This document shows positions 1-13,400 of a stretch of 64,000 nucleotides of DNA, piece after piece. The position numbers and the translations under genes were made by a program. The notes under the pieces were generated by a model. It saw only the letters and a list, made by a program, of their open reading frames with translations. It did no database searches and was not told the DNA's origin. Numbering within the stretch: position 1 is the stretch's first letter; the number at the start of each line of letters is the position of its first letter. The DNA is from Tubulanus polymorphus (taxonomy: Eukaryota > Animalia > Nemertea). The DNA lies in assembly GCF_964204645.1 (NCBI RefSeq), contig NC_134030.1, positions 1,471,355 through 1,535,354 of the forward strand. Direction: 5' to 3'.

Positions 1-1384
1 GTGGCCCTTATTTAACAATAATGTGTACATATAAGCACAAGGGCCCCCAAACTGCAGTTGCTCTGTTGGTTTTAAATCTGTATATAGTCATAGTCATTTT
101 TGATCTTATCATCTGTTCTCCACCTTTTTGAGTGTGAGAGTTTTATGAACTGTTGTGAAGATTGAGGAAGTCGATAGAAAGAGATGAAAATTGTTTAAGT
201 TGTTATCATGAAAATGACTGAGCTTACTATGTACGGTACATACGACCCAGAGGGACATGGCTTATTATGAGAAACATTGAGGTTTTCATGAAAGTTCATG
301 AATTTTGCATGAAAGTACAATGTTGGAAAATATATCCCCTATGTCACACTCCCTGATTCTTTTTCATTGCCCTCATTTCTCTGAAAGGCCCTTCAATTGA
401 ATCAGTCTCCAGTCGAAAAGGTTCCTCTTATAAGTTCAATTGTCTATAACTGATGATGTGATGTGAAGAGTCTACAATTGAACAAATACCGCATTGAAAT
501 CAAATCTTCTCTATTTCAGGCATTACTTCTGGCATAAAACACTATTCAAGCAATGTAGGAGCATTTATAGGCGCAGCAGGAAGGAGGAGTTCAGGAGCAG
601 CATCATATAGGAGTTGCACAGGAGCAGCATCATAGGAGTAGTGCAGGAGCAGTGAGAGCTTCATAGGAGCAGCAAGACCAGCATCATAGATAGGAACAGT
701 AGCTGAAGAAATGAAACAAGATAAGTAGCATTTGAAATATAGAAAATAGAAAAGCTGTAGAATGTTTTCTATTGTAAAAATATTTTCAAATTCAGTCTGA
801 TTTGTGCCAGATTGTAACTGTAGAAGTTTCACTCATTGTTTCAGTCTAATAGAGATGTGGCTGGTGTACATGTAACATTGACTGTGTAACACTGCAGTCA
901 TTTCTTCAATTATTCCTCCTCAGTTGGAAGAATGTTTGTTCTCTCATCTTCATTAGCGATAAGAATCAATCCCATCCATCTACCAACAACATCGTCAAAT
1001 TTCCACTTATCTAATCCTAGAGGGAATGAGTAGTATGAGGTTTGGGTATGGAATTGGGCAGGGTATGGTGTAGTTGACAGTTAGGGTAGGATAGGGTAAT
1101 GTGATGAGGTAAGGTCGGTCAGATGATGCAGGGTTATTTGATGTGGTTGGATTGGATGATGAGTTTGATATGGAACTGGTCGAGGTGGGTGTATGTGGTA
1201 GTGTACGGTGTGTATGTTCGGAGGGTGTATGATAACTGATTGAAAGGTTGCTGTTAGAGGTCAGTGCAGTAGTGATGCTGGTATAGTTTGTGTAAGGTAG
1301 GCGTCGGTGTACCGGGTTAAGTATAGGGTAAGGCATGGTCAGAGTAATGTTACCGTAGAGGAAAAGTTATGTGGGGAAGGGTGT

Positions 1385-1640
1385 TTTTGTTTTCAGCCCA
1401 CTTGAGACTTAAGTCTCAGCGGGCCGTTGCATTTTCTTTTCATCCGTTGTCCGTTTGTGTATCCGCAGACGGAATACAGTTATTTTTGGAGGTTTTTAAG
1501 TTTTCCAACGCCACTGCACATGTTCTCCAGGGGGTGTTGAGTATAGAATTTTCAGATTGTCAGGAATTTCACCAAGTGTGCATTGGTGTCCCTGGACTCC
1601 CCAATTTTGAAATTAGGGTGAATTCTGTAGAATTCTAATG
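1385..1640 (+). mobile_element. HINE/Helentron-like 5' end
   Basis: T-tract, hairpin gcccacttgagac-tta-agtctcagcgggc, then degenerate (tccg)n microsatellite. Confidence 0.4.
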
Positions 1641-2229
1641 ATTGGTTAAATGGGCATCACTCTTTATTGGAATTCTGTGCTTAAAATATTGAATACGAAA
1701 GTAAGAACAGACGTGGAAGCTGTCACTGTGGACAGTGAATCTATTTCTGATTTGTCTGGATGTGATGGCGCAGGTGGTGGCCATAACTTCGAGGTCACCT
1801 CTTAATCATTACATGTCCTTAGATGGATAGGACACAAGGGTAAATGAAAACATTCTTTAGGTTACTGCCAGGTTTTAGGGTATCGTACCAAGCCTTACCT
1901 TCCCGACCTCCTTCCCGCGCTAGCTATTCCAAAATCTCTATATGAGATACATCGAGAACGATGCTATTGAAGATTGAATTCATCGATTCATTTTGGAATT
2001 GAAACTTGTTTCATGGAACAAATGGTGCTGCAAATAAACAATATCATCAAACAATGATTCTGATTGACTATAGTGAACTGCTGCCCTACTACTGGTTTTA
2101 AAAGCAATTATTGAGATAGATTCCAGTCCAGTTCAATTACTATATTTCCCATATAGACACTTACTGCCGGTTGGTACTGGTACATAGCCAGGAGAGACAG
2201 CCATAAGAAAAAGAAAGAATATGAAGAAC

Positions 2230-2510
2230 ATGAAGAGTGGGGGGTTTAGTCCACTGTCTGCCTAGCGGGTAGGCAGTGGTCTATTCCTACCTCGACTCAA
2301 AAAAAGAAAAAATATATGAAGAGTGGGGTCCGAGAGCAATTCGAAGGTTTAGTCCCCTGTCCACCTAGCGGGTAGGTAGTGGTCTATACCTACCTCGACT
2401 CAAAAAAAAAAGGTGAGCTTAAAGCCACCAAGCACAAAAGTGGGGTCCGAAGGGTAGTCCTCTGCTGGCTTAGAGGGCAGGCATTGGTCTATTCTTACCT
2501 CACGTGCTTA
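2230..2510. repeat. Three degenerate direct repeats of about 100 bp
   Basis: agtgggg..tagtcc..ctagcgggtaggcagtggtctattcctacctcgactc. Confidence 0.8.
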
Positions 2511-4231
2511 AAAATGTTCACAAAAATGGCTATTAAGAGAGAGAGTGAGAGAGAGGAGGTGCTAAGTTTCCTGTACTTGACTGGGTGTAAAGTGATCAAT
2601 AATGGAAATCATTTACGGTAAACCTAGAGTTTACTAACAATGTATTTTGGGTTCAGAGTCTATTTCTCAACAGTTTGCTGTTAACAAGCTGGTAGTAGGG
2701 TAAAAACTACCGGTATTCAGAGATTTGTGAATCAGAAGTTTTGCCGTCATTTGCTTCATGAATCATTCACTTGTTAAAATGAATGATGTGACACACATGT
2801 AAAATACTGTTACTGATTTATCATTGTTTTGATGGTGTCTTAATGTTCAATATCTTGCAGGTATCATCTCCTTGCATTTCACATAGAATTGAGGAGTAGT
2901 TTGAGTGAATGGGAGGCATGGAGATTTGGCTCAAGATATCTCACTCGTTCGTTTAGGTTTAGTTCGAGATCATCTAATCAGCTTAAGTGTATACATCCTC
3001 GACTACTTTTCAACTAGTAGTTCATCGTAGGTTTTAGACATCACATACATAGCTCCTTCCACTACTCGTGAATTTACAATTCATTCCTATCCGATGATGT
3101 TATTTATGATGGAATGTGTTAAAGTAGATGTCTATGTGTTTTCATCTTTTGGTAAATCGTGAAAAAATCTGGCTAATTTGAATCGAAAGCCATTGATTAT
3201 CTTGCGCGGTAATGATGGAAAAATTCAAAATGCGAATAGCTGTGTGGAATAAGAGAATGTCTTGAAAGGATTTGAGACATTGAGATGTGTAAAGGGAGAC
3301 TGATTACACCTGTACTGCCCTAGCCCCTCCCCAGGCAGTCACCACCTCGCCCCAACCAATTCTTCCAAATCACCCTCACCTCAACAAGATCAAAATCCCT
3401 TTCACTTTTCCTCTACCATTATTTTTACCATGCCGGCTACCTTATCCCTAACCCTGCAAACCACACTCTACTCTACACAAACCATATTAACATCACAACT
3501 GTACCGTCCTCCAGCACCAACCTTTCTTCATTGTCAGACACCTCTCTAACATCGTACACTACCACATACACCCACCTCGACCGGTTCTATAACAAGCTGA
3601 TCATCTAATCCAGCCATATCAAACAACCCTGCATCATCCAACCTGACCTTACCTTACCACAATACCCTATCCTCCCCTAACATGTCAATCACACCATGCT
3701 TTGCCCCATTCCATACCCAAGCGCCATAACACTCATTCCCTCTATGATTGAATAAGATAGAAATGTTACAATGTTGTAGTTAGACGGATGGGATTGATTT
3801 TCTTTGCTAATGAAGATGAGAGAACAAACATTCTTCTAACTGAGGAGGAATAAGTGAACAAATTACAGCGGTGTTACACATTCAATGTTACATGTACATC
3901 AGTTATATCTCTATTAGACTGAAACAATGAGTGAAACTTCTACAGTTACAATCTGACACAAATCAGACCGTGTCAGAAAACATTTTTACATTAGCCCCAC
4001 GTGCTGAGTGGATGATAGACATCATGAGACTCATCAAATTTTGTGAAATTAGTTTAATTGAAAAATTAATTTAAGCAATGTCTGTTTTTGCATTTCAGAG
4101 GTTGATGTTACCTGAACATGCAGTTCTGAGCTGACTCCAGATCAGGTGAGCATGTATGCAGTGAAATTGGATAAAATCATGACATTTTCCAAGAGCTCTT
4201 ATTAGTGGAATTTTATCTCTAATAGCCCTTG

Positions 4232-4524
4232 ATCCAAGTGCTGCCCAGTGAGACACTGTCTGGTGAACTCAACATCCAAGTGCTACAGAATCTACCCCCA
4301 GTGAGACACTGTCTGGTGAACTCAACATCCAAGTGCTACAGAATCTACCCCCAGTGAGACACTGTCTGGTGAACTCAACATCCAAGTGCTGCAGAATCTA
4401 CCCCCAGTGAGACACTGTCTGGTGAACTCAACATCCAAGTGCTGCAGAATCTACCCCCAGTGAGACACTGTCTGGTGAACTCAACATCCAAGTGCTGCAG
4501 AATCTACCCCCAGTGAGACACTCT
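4232..4524. repeat. 53-bp tandem repeat, array 1 (about 5.5 copies)
   Basis: ccccagtgagacactgtctggtgaactcaacatccaagtgctacagaatctac. Confidence 0.95.
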
Positions 4525-5731
4525 CCACACGCTACAGAAGGTGAGTAATGAATAGACAAAATTCTCTTAGAATTTTTTGACCTAAAATTCTAAAATATTC
4601 TGTAAAGACAACAATTTGACCAGTTGTCCTTTTGACTGCATGTTTTGAGTGATTTCCAATTAGCTACATGATTCAATGCGTGGTTGTCAAATGGCTCAAT
4701 ATTTCCAAACCATTTTCTAATTTATAACTGTCAAAATTCATTTGTTCAATCATGAGGTCTAGAATTGGTTTTCATTGAATACATGAAATCCAGATATTTC
4801 ATTTGTTGATTTCAAAATTATTTATTTCGCCGATTCATTTCTAATCTCACTTTGGCAACTCATTCTGAATCAGCGACGGAAGGTGACAAAATGGTCACAT
4901 CGAAATATGTTGTGCTCGGTGCCTCGGGATCCGAACCCAAACCTGACCACACGTATAAATCCAATTGAATCCATTCGGGTTCTTCCTTTTCTGAGTTAAA
5001 CTCATTTCTGTGGTTGCGAGACGGCGGGAAGAAAAATAGTGGTGGCGGTTAGGGGGGTGGTAGCCCTTAAAGTGAATATGCTCGGTGACAGGGATGGCGA
5101 AAGGCCACCCGGGGAGGACGATAGTATCAGGGCATCGGACGCTCCTTTACTGAACCGCGGACTCCGGGGCCCGAGAGTATCGTGTGTATGATCACTTACT
5201 CGATAGGGTAGACATGTGTGTCAAGAGATACGGGCATTTCTATCCTAGCCTCAGTTGTCTGCGGGACGCACCTTAAAACAGTTTGAAAAAATCACCTCGA
5301 ACATGTTTAAGCATTATTCACGGGCGCAAAAAAAGAATGAACAGAAAGAAAGAAAGAGGTGTCGGTCGTCTTTATAAACCACTAGGGGCGAGTTTAGCTT
5401 AGACGAGGAATTTGGCATCTTAGAAAAATATATTCGAAATTCCTAGGTTTTAATGGAGAATTCAGCAGGTAAAATATTTGAGTATTTTATGTGATTCAAT
5501 TCTAAATTGTAACCTCATCGTGCAATGTATTTTATTGGAATGAACTTAAACATGCAGGCTGGACTTTCACGTGATGTTTTGAAATATAGATTCAGGAACA
5601 TTGACAATTCCTGATTTGAAGCACATGTTTTTACCACGAGTCAAAGCAGTTAAACTTTACTCTGTCTACTGTATGATTATATTCTAACATGTATATCTTT
5701 TCATTATTTTTCTATCATTCACGCTGAGATC

Positions 5732-6506
5732 ATCTACTCCCAGTGAGACACTGTCTGGTGAACTCAACATCCAAGTGCTGCAGAATCTACCTCCAGTGAG
5801 ACACTGTCTGGTGAACTCAACATCCAAGTGCTGCAGAATCTACCTCCAGTTAGACACTGTCTGGTGAACTCAACATCCAAGTGCTACAGAATCTACCCCC
5901 AGTGAGACACTCTCTGGTGAACTCAACATCCAAGTGCTACAGAATCTACCCCCAGTGAGACACTGTCTGGTGAACTCAACATCCAAGTGCTACAGAATCT
6001 AGCTCCAGTGAGACACTGTCTGGTGAACTCAACATCCAAGTGCTGCAGAATCTATCCCCAGTGAGACACTGGTGAACTCAACATCCAAGTGCTGCAGAAT
6101 CTACCTCCAGTGAGACACTGTCTGGTGAACTCAACATCCAAGTGCTGCAAAATCTACCTCCAGTTAGACACTGTCTGGTAAACTTAACATCCAAGTGCTG
6201 CAGAATCTACCCCCAGTGAGACACTCTCTGGTGAACTCAACATCCAAGTGCTACAGAATCTAGTGAGACACTGTCTGGTGAACTCAACATCCAAGTGCTG
6301 CAAAATCTACCTCCAGTTAGACACTGTCTGGTAAACTTAACATCCAAGTGCTACAGAATCTACCCCTAGTGAGACACTGTCTGGCGAACTCAACATCCAA
6401 GTGCTACAGAATCTACCCCCAGTGAGACACTGTCTGGTGAACTCAACATCCAAGTGCTACAGAATCTACCTCCAGTGAGACACTGTCAGGTGAACTCAAC
6501 ATCCAA
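5732..6506. repeat. 53-bp tandem repeat, array 2 (about 15 copies)
   Basis: Same unit. Confidence 0.95.
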
Positions 6507-8270
6507 GGAGATGATCTGTTAATTACACTCATGGTTGTGCTGGCTACTGATATGGGAGGTATGTATCGTATCTGGAGCCAATTTTACTTTGATTCCAACA
6601 ACTAATTCCTTATGATTCTCCATTTCATTTTCCATTAGAAGGAACTGTGTTATTATGATTTGTCTGAGTGTCCGTTAATGTTAGTTGAACTGTAACTCGG
6701 AGAAGTGAACCGTGGATGTGACAACTCCACACAGATGTCATGTATGTATCTGGACAATTTTCATTATCAATGTCTTTCTGTTTTACGCAGAAGAATCTGA
6801 TAAATATAATGTTATGGACTTTGTGTTTTTCTTTTGAGTGTCTATCATCATTAGCTTATTTCATCATTAACAATTTTATTAATTTTTTCCTTCAGTTTAA
6901 AGAATCTGTTTAAGGAGATGATCTGTTAATTACACTCATGGTTGTGCTAGCTACTGATGAGTGGTATGTATCGTATATGGAGCCAATTTCTATTTGATTT
7001 CAACAACTAATTTCTTATGATTTTATTCAGTTTGTTTTCCTTCAGAAGAAACTTTGTTATTATCAATTGACTGAGCCTCCATCATTATTAGTTAAACTGT
7101 AACTGAGAGACATGAACCACGAATATCCTAACTCTTTAGTCAATGTGTATGTATCAGGACAACTTTCTGATTATCGATATCTTACCGTATGATTTTCCTG
7201 CAGAAGAATCTGATGAATATAATGTTATGGACTGAATGTGTTTTTCATTTTAGTGTCCATCATCATTAGTTTAACTATAACTGAAGAGACCTGAACCAGG
7301 GATGTTATAATTCCAATGTTGATATATATGTATCACGACAAATTCGTTATCAATGATTTTCATTTTTCGAAATCTATGAAATACGGTAGATGTGTGATTG
7401 AATCTATTTTGTTCTCATTTCAGAGTCTGCTACATACATGTGATACGTGCACAGAGAGACAAATTCTATTAATTTTAAACACTTATCCCTTAGTTATCAA
7501 TGATTTTCCATATTGTTTTAATCTGTTAGGAGAACTGAACTCTGGTCCTGAACATGTTTCAACTCTTCTATCAATAAGTGGTTTGTATGGAAACAGAATT
7601 TCCTGCAATAGAATCTGATGAATAGATGTCATGATATTATGTTATTCTCATTTCAGTGTCCATCATTATAAGTTGAACTGTACAGAAACCAATAGCTGAA
7701 TTGAACTGATCTCCGCAGTCAATGGTTGCAGATGGCTACAGATACGAGTGGTATGTGTGTATGGACACAAATTCATTTTCAACAACTGATTTTGTATTTT
7801 ATATTCTGTAGAGGAATCTTTGAGAGATAGATGTTATAGAATCTGTTATTTTCAGTGTTGATCAATGTTAGTTGAACTGTAATGAGTAGAACCAGTAGTT
7901 ACTCCACAGTCAATGGTTTAGTCAGTTACAGACATACATACAAATAGTCAGCAATAATTCCCTCAAGTGCTGTTCTGTTAAGACAATTTGTTGTAAGTAA
8001 ACCCACAATGTACGTGATGTGGTTTGTGTGTATGGAGACAATTTCATTATTTTCATTAATTATTTGTTAGGCAATGACAAATTGTCCATGGGATGACCGA
8101 TTACCAGTAGATGACCAGGGAACAGTCTACATGTATGTATCGAGACAATTTTCTGTTGTTTTGAGGAATCTATAAGAGATAAATGTTATAGAATCTGTTA
8201 TTCTTATTTCAGTGTCCGTCATCATGAGTTGAAACAAATATCTGATTTGAAGTGAACTCTGCAGTCATTC
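6507..8270 (+). repeat. Old degenerate repeats of about 190-400 bp with exon/intron-like boundaries
   Basis: Recurring tttcagtgtccatcat..gttgaactgta..gtatgt..gacaatt..gaatctgatgaata. Confidence 0.65.
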
Positions 8271-10230
8271 AACCCTTACACATATATAAGTTACGTATTA
8301 GTGATATTTACCACTGACAGACAATTAAAACAACTTGTATAATAATGATTCACTGTTTGTGAATGAACTTGTGAACAGTCGCTACTCCTTAATGCTATCA
8401 GTTACAGCCACCTTTTGATAGAATCTCTGTCTAAACCTCTTGCATGATCATCTATATCTCAATTATAATATAATAAATACTAATCCTTCATTTTAACTCT
8501 CTTCTATTCTAATACATTGTATGAGTCAAAAGATGGTTGTCATTGATAGAATTAGGGACGCTATACAGCTGGCTAATTGTCATAATCTAAACCCTTTTTG
8601 TGTTCACTGCATACTCTGTGACCCTCCACTTCAATGCATTTTAATTGATTCAATTTCACCAACTTTTTATATTTTTTTTTCATGTCAGCGTCAATCATTT
8701 TTACCTGCCGCAGGTAGAAATGAATCCACTGCTTGAGTGGCTATAAAAGTCGTTGGTGAAGACAAGTACACTCAATTGGAGACAATAATTTCTTTTAGAT
8801 CTGACAGTGGTAGGAATTGTAACATTTTAATATATAAGGGGCACATCTAGAAAATTGGAAGACACGTTTTAATTGATATCTGTTATTTTACGTGTTTCAG
8901 CTTCAAAATTATCCGAGTTCTACCAAATGAGATTATTCACCCATGAAGACTCGACTGATTCATACCCACATAAGGTAGTTGTACTTTCATTTTTATTAAA
9001 CATTTCAATAATTAAAATTGGCGATATTAAGAAGAAAAAAGAAATTCGTAAAAATTGCATTATTTAAAGTACTTAAAACCTATTCATAAATAACAATGCG
9101 GTACCGCTACATAACAGATGGCACCACTATACGGTCGTTGCTACTACTAGACTGGTTACCTGTATAATAAGTACAATACAATGAATTTTATTCGCACGGT
9201 GACGTATGTGTTGGCATTGAAGCGCTCACTTATAATTCTATTGTTTTGAATGGGGATACTATGTAGACCCAGAAAACAACGAAGGCTGCATTACGATTGC
9301 ACCTTACACACAGGGCCACCTTCGGTTATCGGAGTCAGTCGACTTATAATAGTCCCGAGTAACTCATGTCAAATGTCGGAACTATATTCCGGAAATAGTT
9401 CGAAAATCAAGCGCATTCGGTTATTAGTTCCAACCACTGGTCGACTAGCTACCTATTACCGAATTTGGCCCAGCCTGTCTAACTCTGGATTCGCAACTGG
9501 CAACCGAGTTAAGTGCTTCTCGCTAGCCAGGTTGCCGCTAAGCGGCCACCAGTCTATAATATTAACCCAATCACACGTCTGTCACTCGCTGATTCGCTAC
9601 GCATCTGATTGGCTAGATATATAGACTGGTGGCCGCTTGACCATTGAGGCAAGCGAGGATGGTTGCGTGACTTATCGAAATGTTCGCTTGCCACAGGAAT
9701 ACCGTCCAATGTAATAAGTGTTTATGTATTATTAATTGTAGGAATGCCTGGTGATGTAGATCAAGTTCACAGAAACTGAAAACAGAAAGAAACCTTGCGG
9801 AATCTATTGTGTATAAATAAATATATTTATTATCGTGTTGTGTTGTTTATTCTGAGTGCGATCTGTGGTGATTCAACCACTTGGTCCTCTCAAGTTTTTT
9901 CCCCATCCAAATTTTTGAATCCGTTTGCGCCGTTTTGACTGAAGTGATCTTTAAATTTGTATTAGTTCTAAGACTTAGACAGGTCTTAAATTCTTTCAGT
10001 TGCGGCCACCTCTCGACAAAAATCTATTGTACTAATCCTTAATAACTTTTAATAACTTCTAATCGCATGCATCGAAAGGTGGCTGTCATAGATGCAATTA
10101 GAGATATGATCGATGTCTAAGATGAATACAATTGCGTTTAATTTGAAACTGCTAAACAGTTGCAGTAAGAGTTAAATAACGATCATCACTGTATCTATGC
10201 TTGTGATGCTTGTTCCACTCTCAGTAATTA

Positions 10231-10418
10231 CAGAGCTGCCAACTGTTACTGATTTCCAGTATTAGTTAGTATTTTATAACGAGAAATACTGATCTGATTT
10301 GTGAAGGTCTTGCCGTTGATTACTGATTAATTGAACATTCCTTTCATATTTCAATGAAACCTTACTGAAAAAAATTCAATTTGCTACTGATAGGACTTTT
10401 CAAAGGTTGGCAGCCCTG
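10231..10418. mobile_element. 188-bp MITE
   Basis: TIR cagagctgccaac / gttggcagccctg (12/13), flanked by TA, internal tactga repeats. Confidence 0.75.
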
Positions 10419-13400
10419 TAGTTATCTTGGTCTCGCAACTTTACCACCTCAGTACCGGCGACGCATCACTCGTAATCCTCGCCTTCCATGCCGCGCATTT
10501 AGCTATCCTCGCTTGCCGGGGTTTAATTGGTTCTGCCCAATCAGATGCGTTGTTTTTCTACCAATAAGGGGCGCCAATTTAAACCCCGGCAAGCGAGGAT
10601 TAATTTGTCAGCGTTGCCACCGTTAGCTCCAGTACTGTGCCATTGTCAGTTAGACTGGGTCTGAAATGGTGGTGGCAAGCTGCAGGTCTGGACTGCGCGA
10701 CCAACATTTTCCGTTTCTACATCCGAAATCTACACGTTTTCTTTGCACGTGGTAATAAGAGTGTGGTTGGTTTTTGTTCGAACGCGCCTCTGGTAGTAGA
10801 CTGGTTGCCAGTTTAAAATAGACTGGTTGCCGGTCTCTTCCTGTAGACCGTTTACCGGTCTCTATCTTTCATTAGAGACCGGTTGTGCCCATCCTCCATT
10901 TTACATTTTCGATGCATGTCAAATAAGGTCAAACATGTAAAGTAGCAAGTTACTTCCTGGTTAAGATGGCGTCTCTTCGAATCTGCTTGGCTTCGAGCGA
11001 TATTAAAATTGTCCTTTATAATGGACGGAAAGACATTAATTGCTGTAAGTATCAGATAAATCCGCTGATAATTTACCTGGTATTCGAAATACCGACTAAC
11101 AAGGATCGAAATCTAATGCGAGGTGAGCTCTGCCGCGACCGTCACTGAATACAGAACATTCTGAAGGAACAGAGGACATCCTTCCTATAACTACCGTTCG
11201 TGGGATGTATTTAGTGAATTGATGTTTTAATACAGTGTTGTAAAATGACTATATTTAGTTTCTGAATAAAGTTTACAATTGCTGAACTCCTTAGTGCTTT
11301 GTTAGATCAGATATTTGGATCCACCTCAGCCAACTGATTTCCTGATACAGACAGCAAGTTGGGACAGTCAAATTAAGAGATTTGGTCAAGACAAATTACT
11401 CAGATCACACTGGAAATTCGCAATATCCTCTCTCCTCATGGACCACACATTGTCAATGTTGACTTTGCTAGAAATCGATTATAAAATTCATCACGACCAA
11501 TTCTTTTTCACTGAATTCAATATTTATTGTTCACTTCTGGTACAAAATCTTGTTCAGCCCCTGACAAGAGAATAAACAATGACACTACGTATTTCATGAC
11601 ATAGAACAGTAGTTTTTTTTTCATCGACAAATTGGGACGATCCTGATATCCCTGATTTGAATGATAGTGTCTTTAGAATCATAAAGACCATGTCTCGACC
11701 AGACAGATAATCCAATCACAATTCAAATTGAAGGCTCGCTAGTGCAGTTATTCACAGAATCCAGCTCTTTAAACCTCATCAGTTTATCAGAATCGAGGAG
11801 TTTCACCACCTGTTATTTGGAATCTCATTTCATGACAGCTAGTGCTGATTCTTTATTCTCTTTGATTACTGCATGATGTTATCATTCTGAAATTAAAATA
11901 CATATCACACTTATAATTAAACCTGGATTGACTTTACAAATTAATGGTTCAGAATCCATTTTTCTAACTTACCTTGATGTATTGCAATCTATTCATTTTA
12001 TGTTGAGCTAATTTGATACGCATAACTTCAATTTCTTAAAACATCCTACGAGTTGTGACTCACAAAATCATCACTAAAACGCCACAATAATCTACAATAG
12101 ATAATCAATATAGTTTTTGTGAAATAGCACTCATATTCAATGTTCACATCTTACGAAGTAAGTAAGTAGGTGAAGTTACCTCGTTGGTGTGATTATTTTC
12201 ACTGGATCAACTGCTGATGTCCAATGTCGCATAAAGAACAATCAATCAATCGCCTCGAGTGAACAAATAAGTTGCCTCTGCTGCATGGTTCAGTATGTTA
12301 GTAGTGGTAGTAGTATTGTATGTATTGTTACCGATATTTTCGGTACCACACGCTAAACAAGTGCCTGCAGAAGCGTTACCCGGCAGTTTTAATGAAATTT
12401 CGTTCTTCATTGATATAAACAAGAAAATTAATTTTGATAAACTATTTGACGCCTGCGAAAAAATGTAGAATTTCTAGGATAAGCTAATGTGGATTTGCAA
12501 ACTTGAAATCGAAGTTTTAAGAAATTTGAGGAATTATAACATTTGGCGATTGGGTAGATGATACTTCGACTGTAGGTATAGTGGTTTAATTTTTTTATCA
12601 ATATTTTTATCAATTATTTTGTCAATAATTGATAACTTGCGACCGACTTCATTCATTCATATTTGCCTCTAAGCTGGTCTGCAACTTCATTGCCTCCATA
12701 GTTGAAGAAAGAGCTCTTCTGATGTCTGCTTCATCATGACTTCGAGCATATCGTGTGGCTTAGAAGGCTGGCCCGGTCCCCGGGCCCGGGTTTGGCTGTC
12801 ACTCGATATACTAAAAATTTAGTCTTGAGTCTGGGTTGAAGTAGACATTGTCATTTAGAATAATTTGTTTATGTTATTCTCTATGAATTACTCGTGTGTC
12901 TTGTATGTTGTATTTTCTTACTTTAAAATGTGTAACTTTATTGAATTTAGGAATTTAAATCCCGGAATTTCAATGTAATAACGATCATAAAGAATTGAAT
13001 TGAATTGTCACCTAATACACTTGCCATCAGAGCACGCGGAGCCGTATGTAACAGCTAGGCTATTATAAATTGCTAATCTCATGAAACCTGCATATCCCCC
13101 TAATATCGAACATATTTTCTAAAAAATTTGAATATTGAAATTATATGTTTACACATTTGAATATTGACCGCTTGTAGCCGCTGATGAAATTCACACCGGC
13201 CCTACACAGATCGTAGATAGCTTCGTCATTCCACCAACATCCCCATGTCAGGGTCTGACTTTAATATCAGACTTCCGCATCGTGTATACATCCGCCATTT
13301 ACTTATCATTTCTATTTATGCCTGCCGCTTCTGATATAATCATACATCCTTAACTATTACAATACGTCTCCTAATGATATTCAATGCAATATAACATTCC

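Larger units (their letters stand above)
770..3990. repeat. Diverged inverted repeat pair of about 600 bp (770-1370 vs 3400-3990)
   Basis: For example tgtaactgtagaagtttcactcattgtttcagtctaatagag (813-854) is the reverse complement of 3909-3950. Confidence 0.85.

Noticed and set aside
10966-11900. Possible first exon (AAGATGGCG start, donors at about 11045 and 11123) of another gene
   Set aside because: Downstream frames are full of stops and no recognisable protein could be assembled; at most a pseudogene remnant
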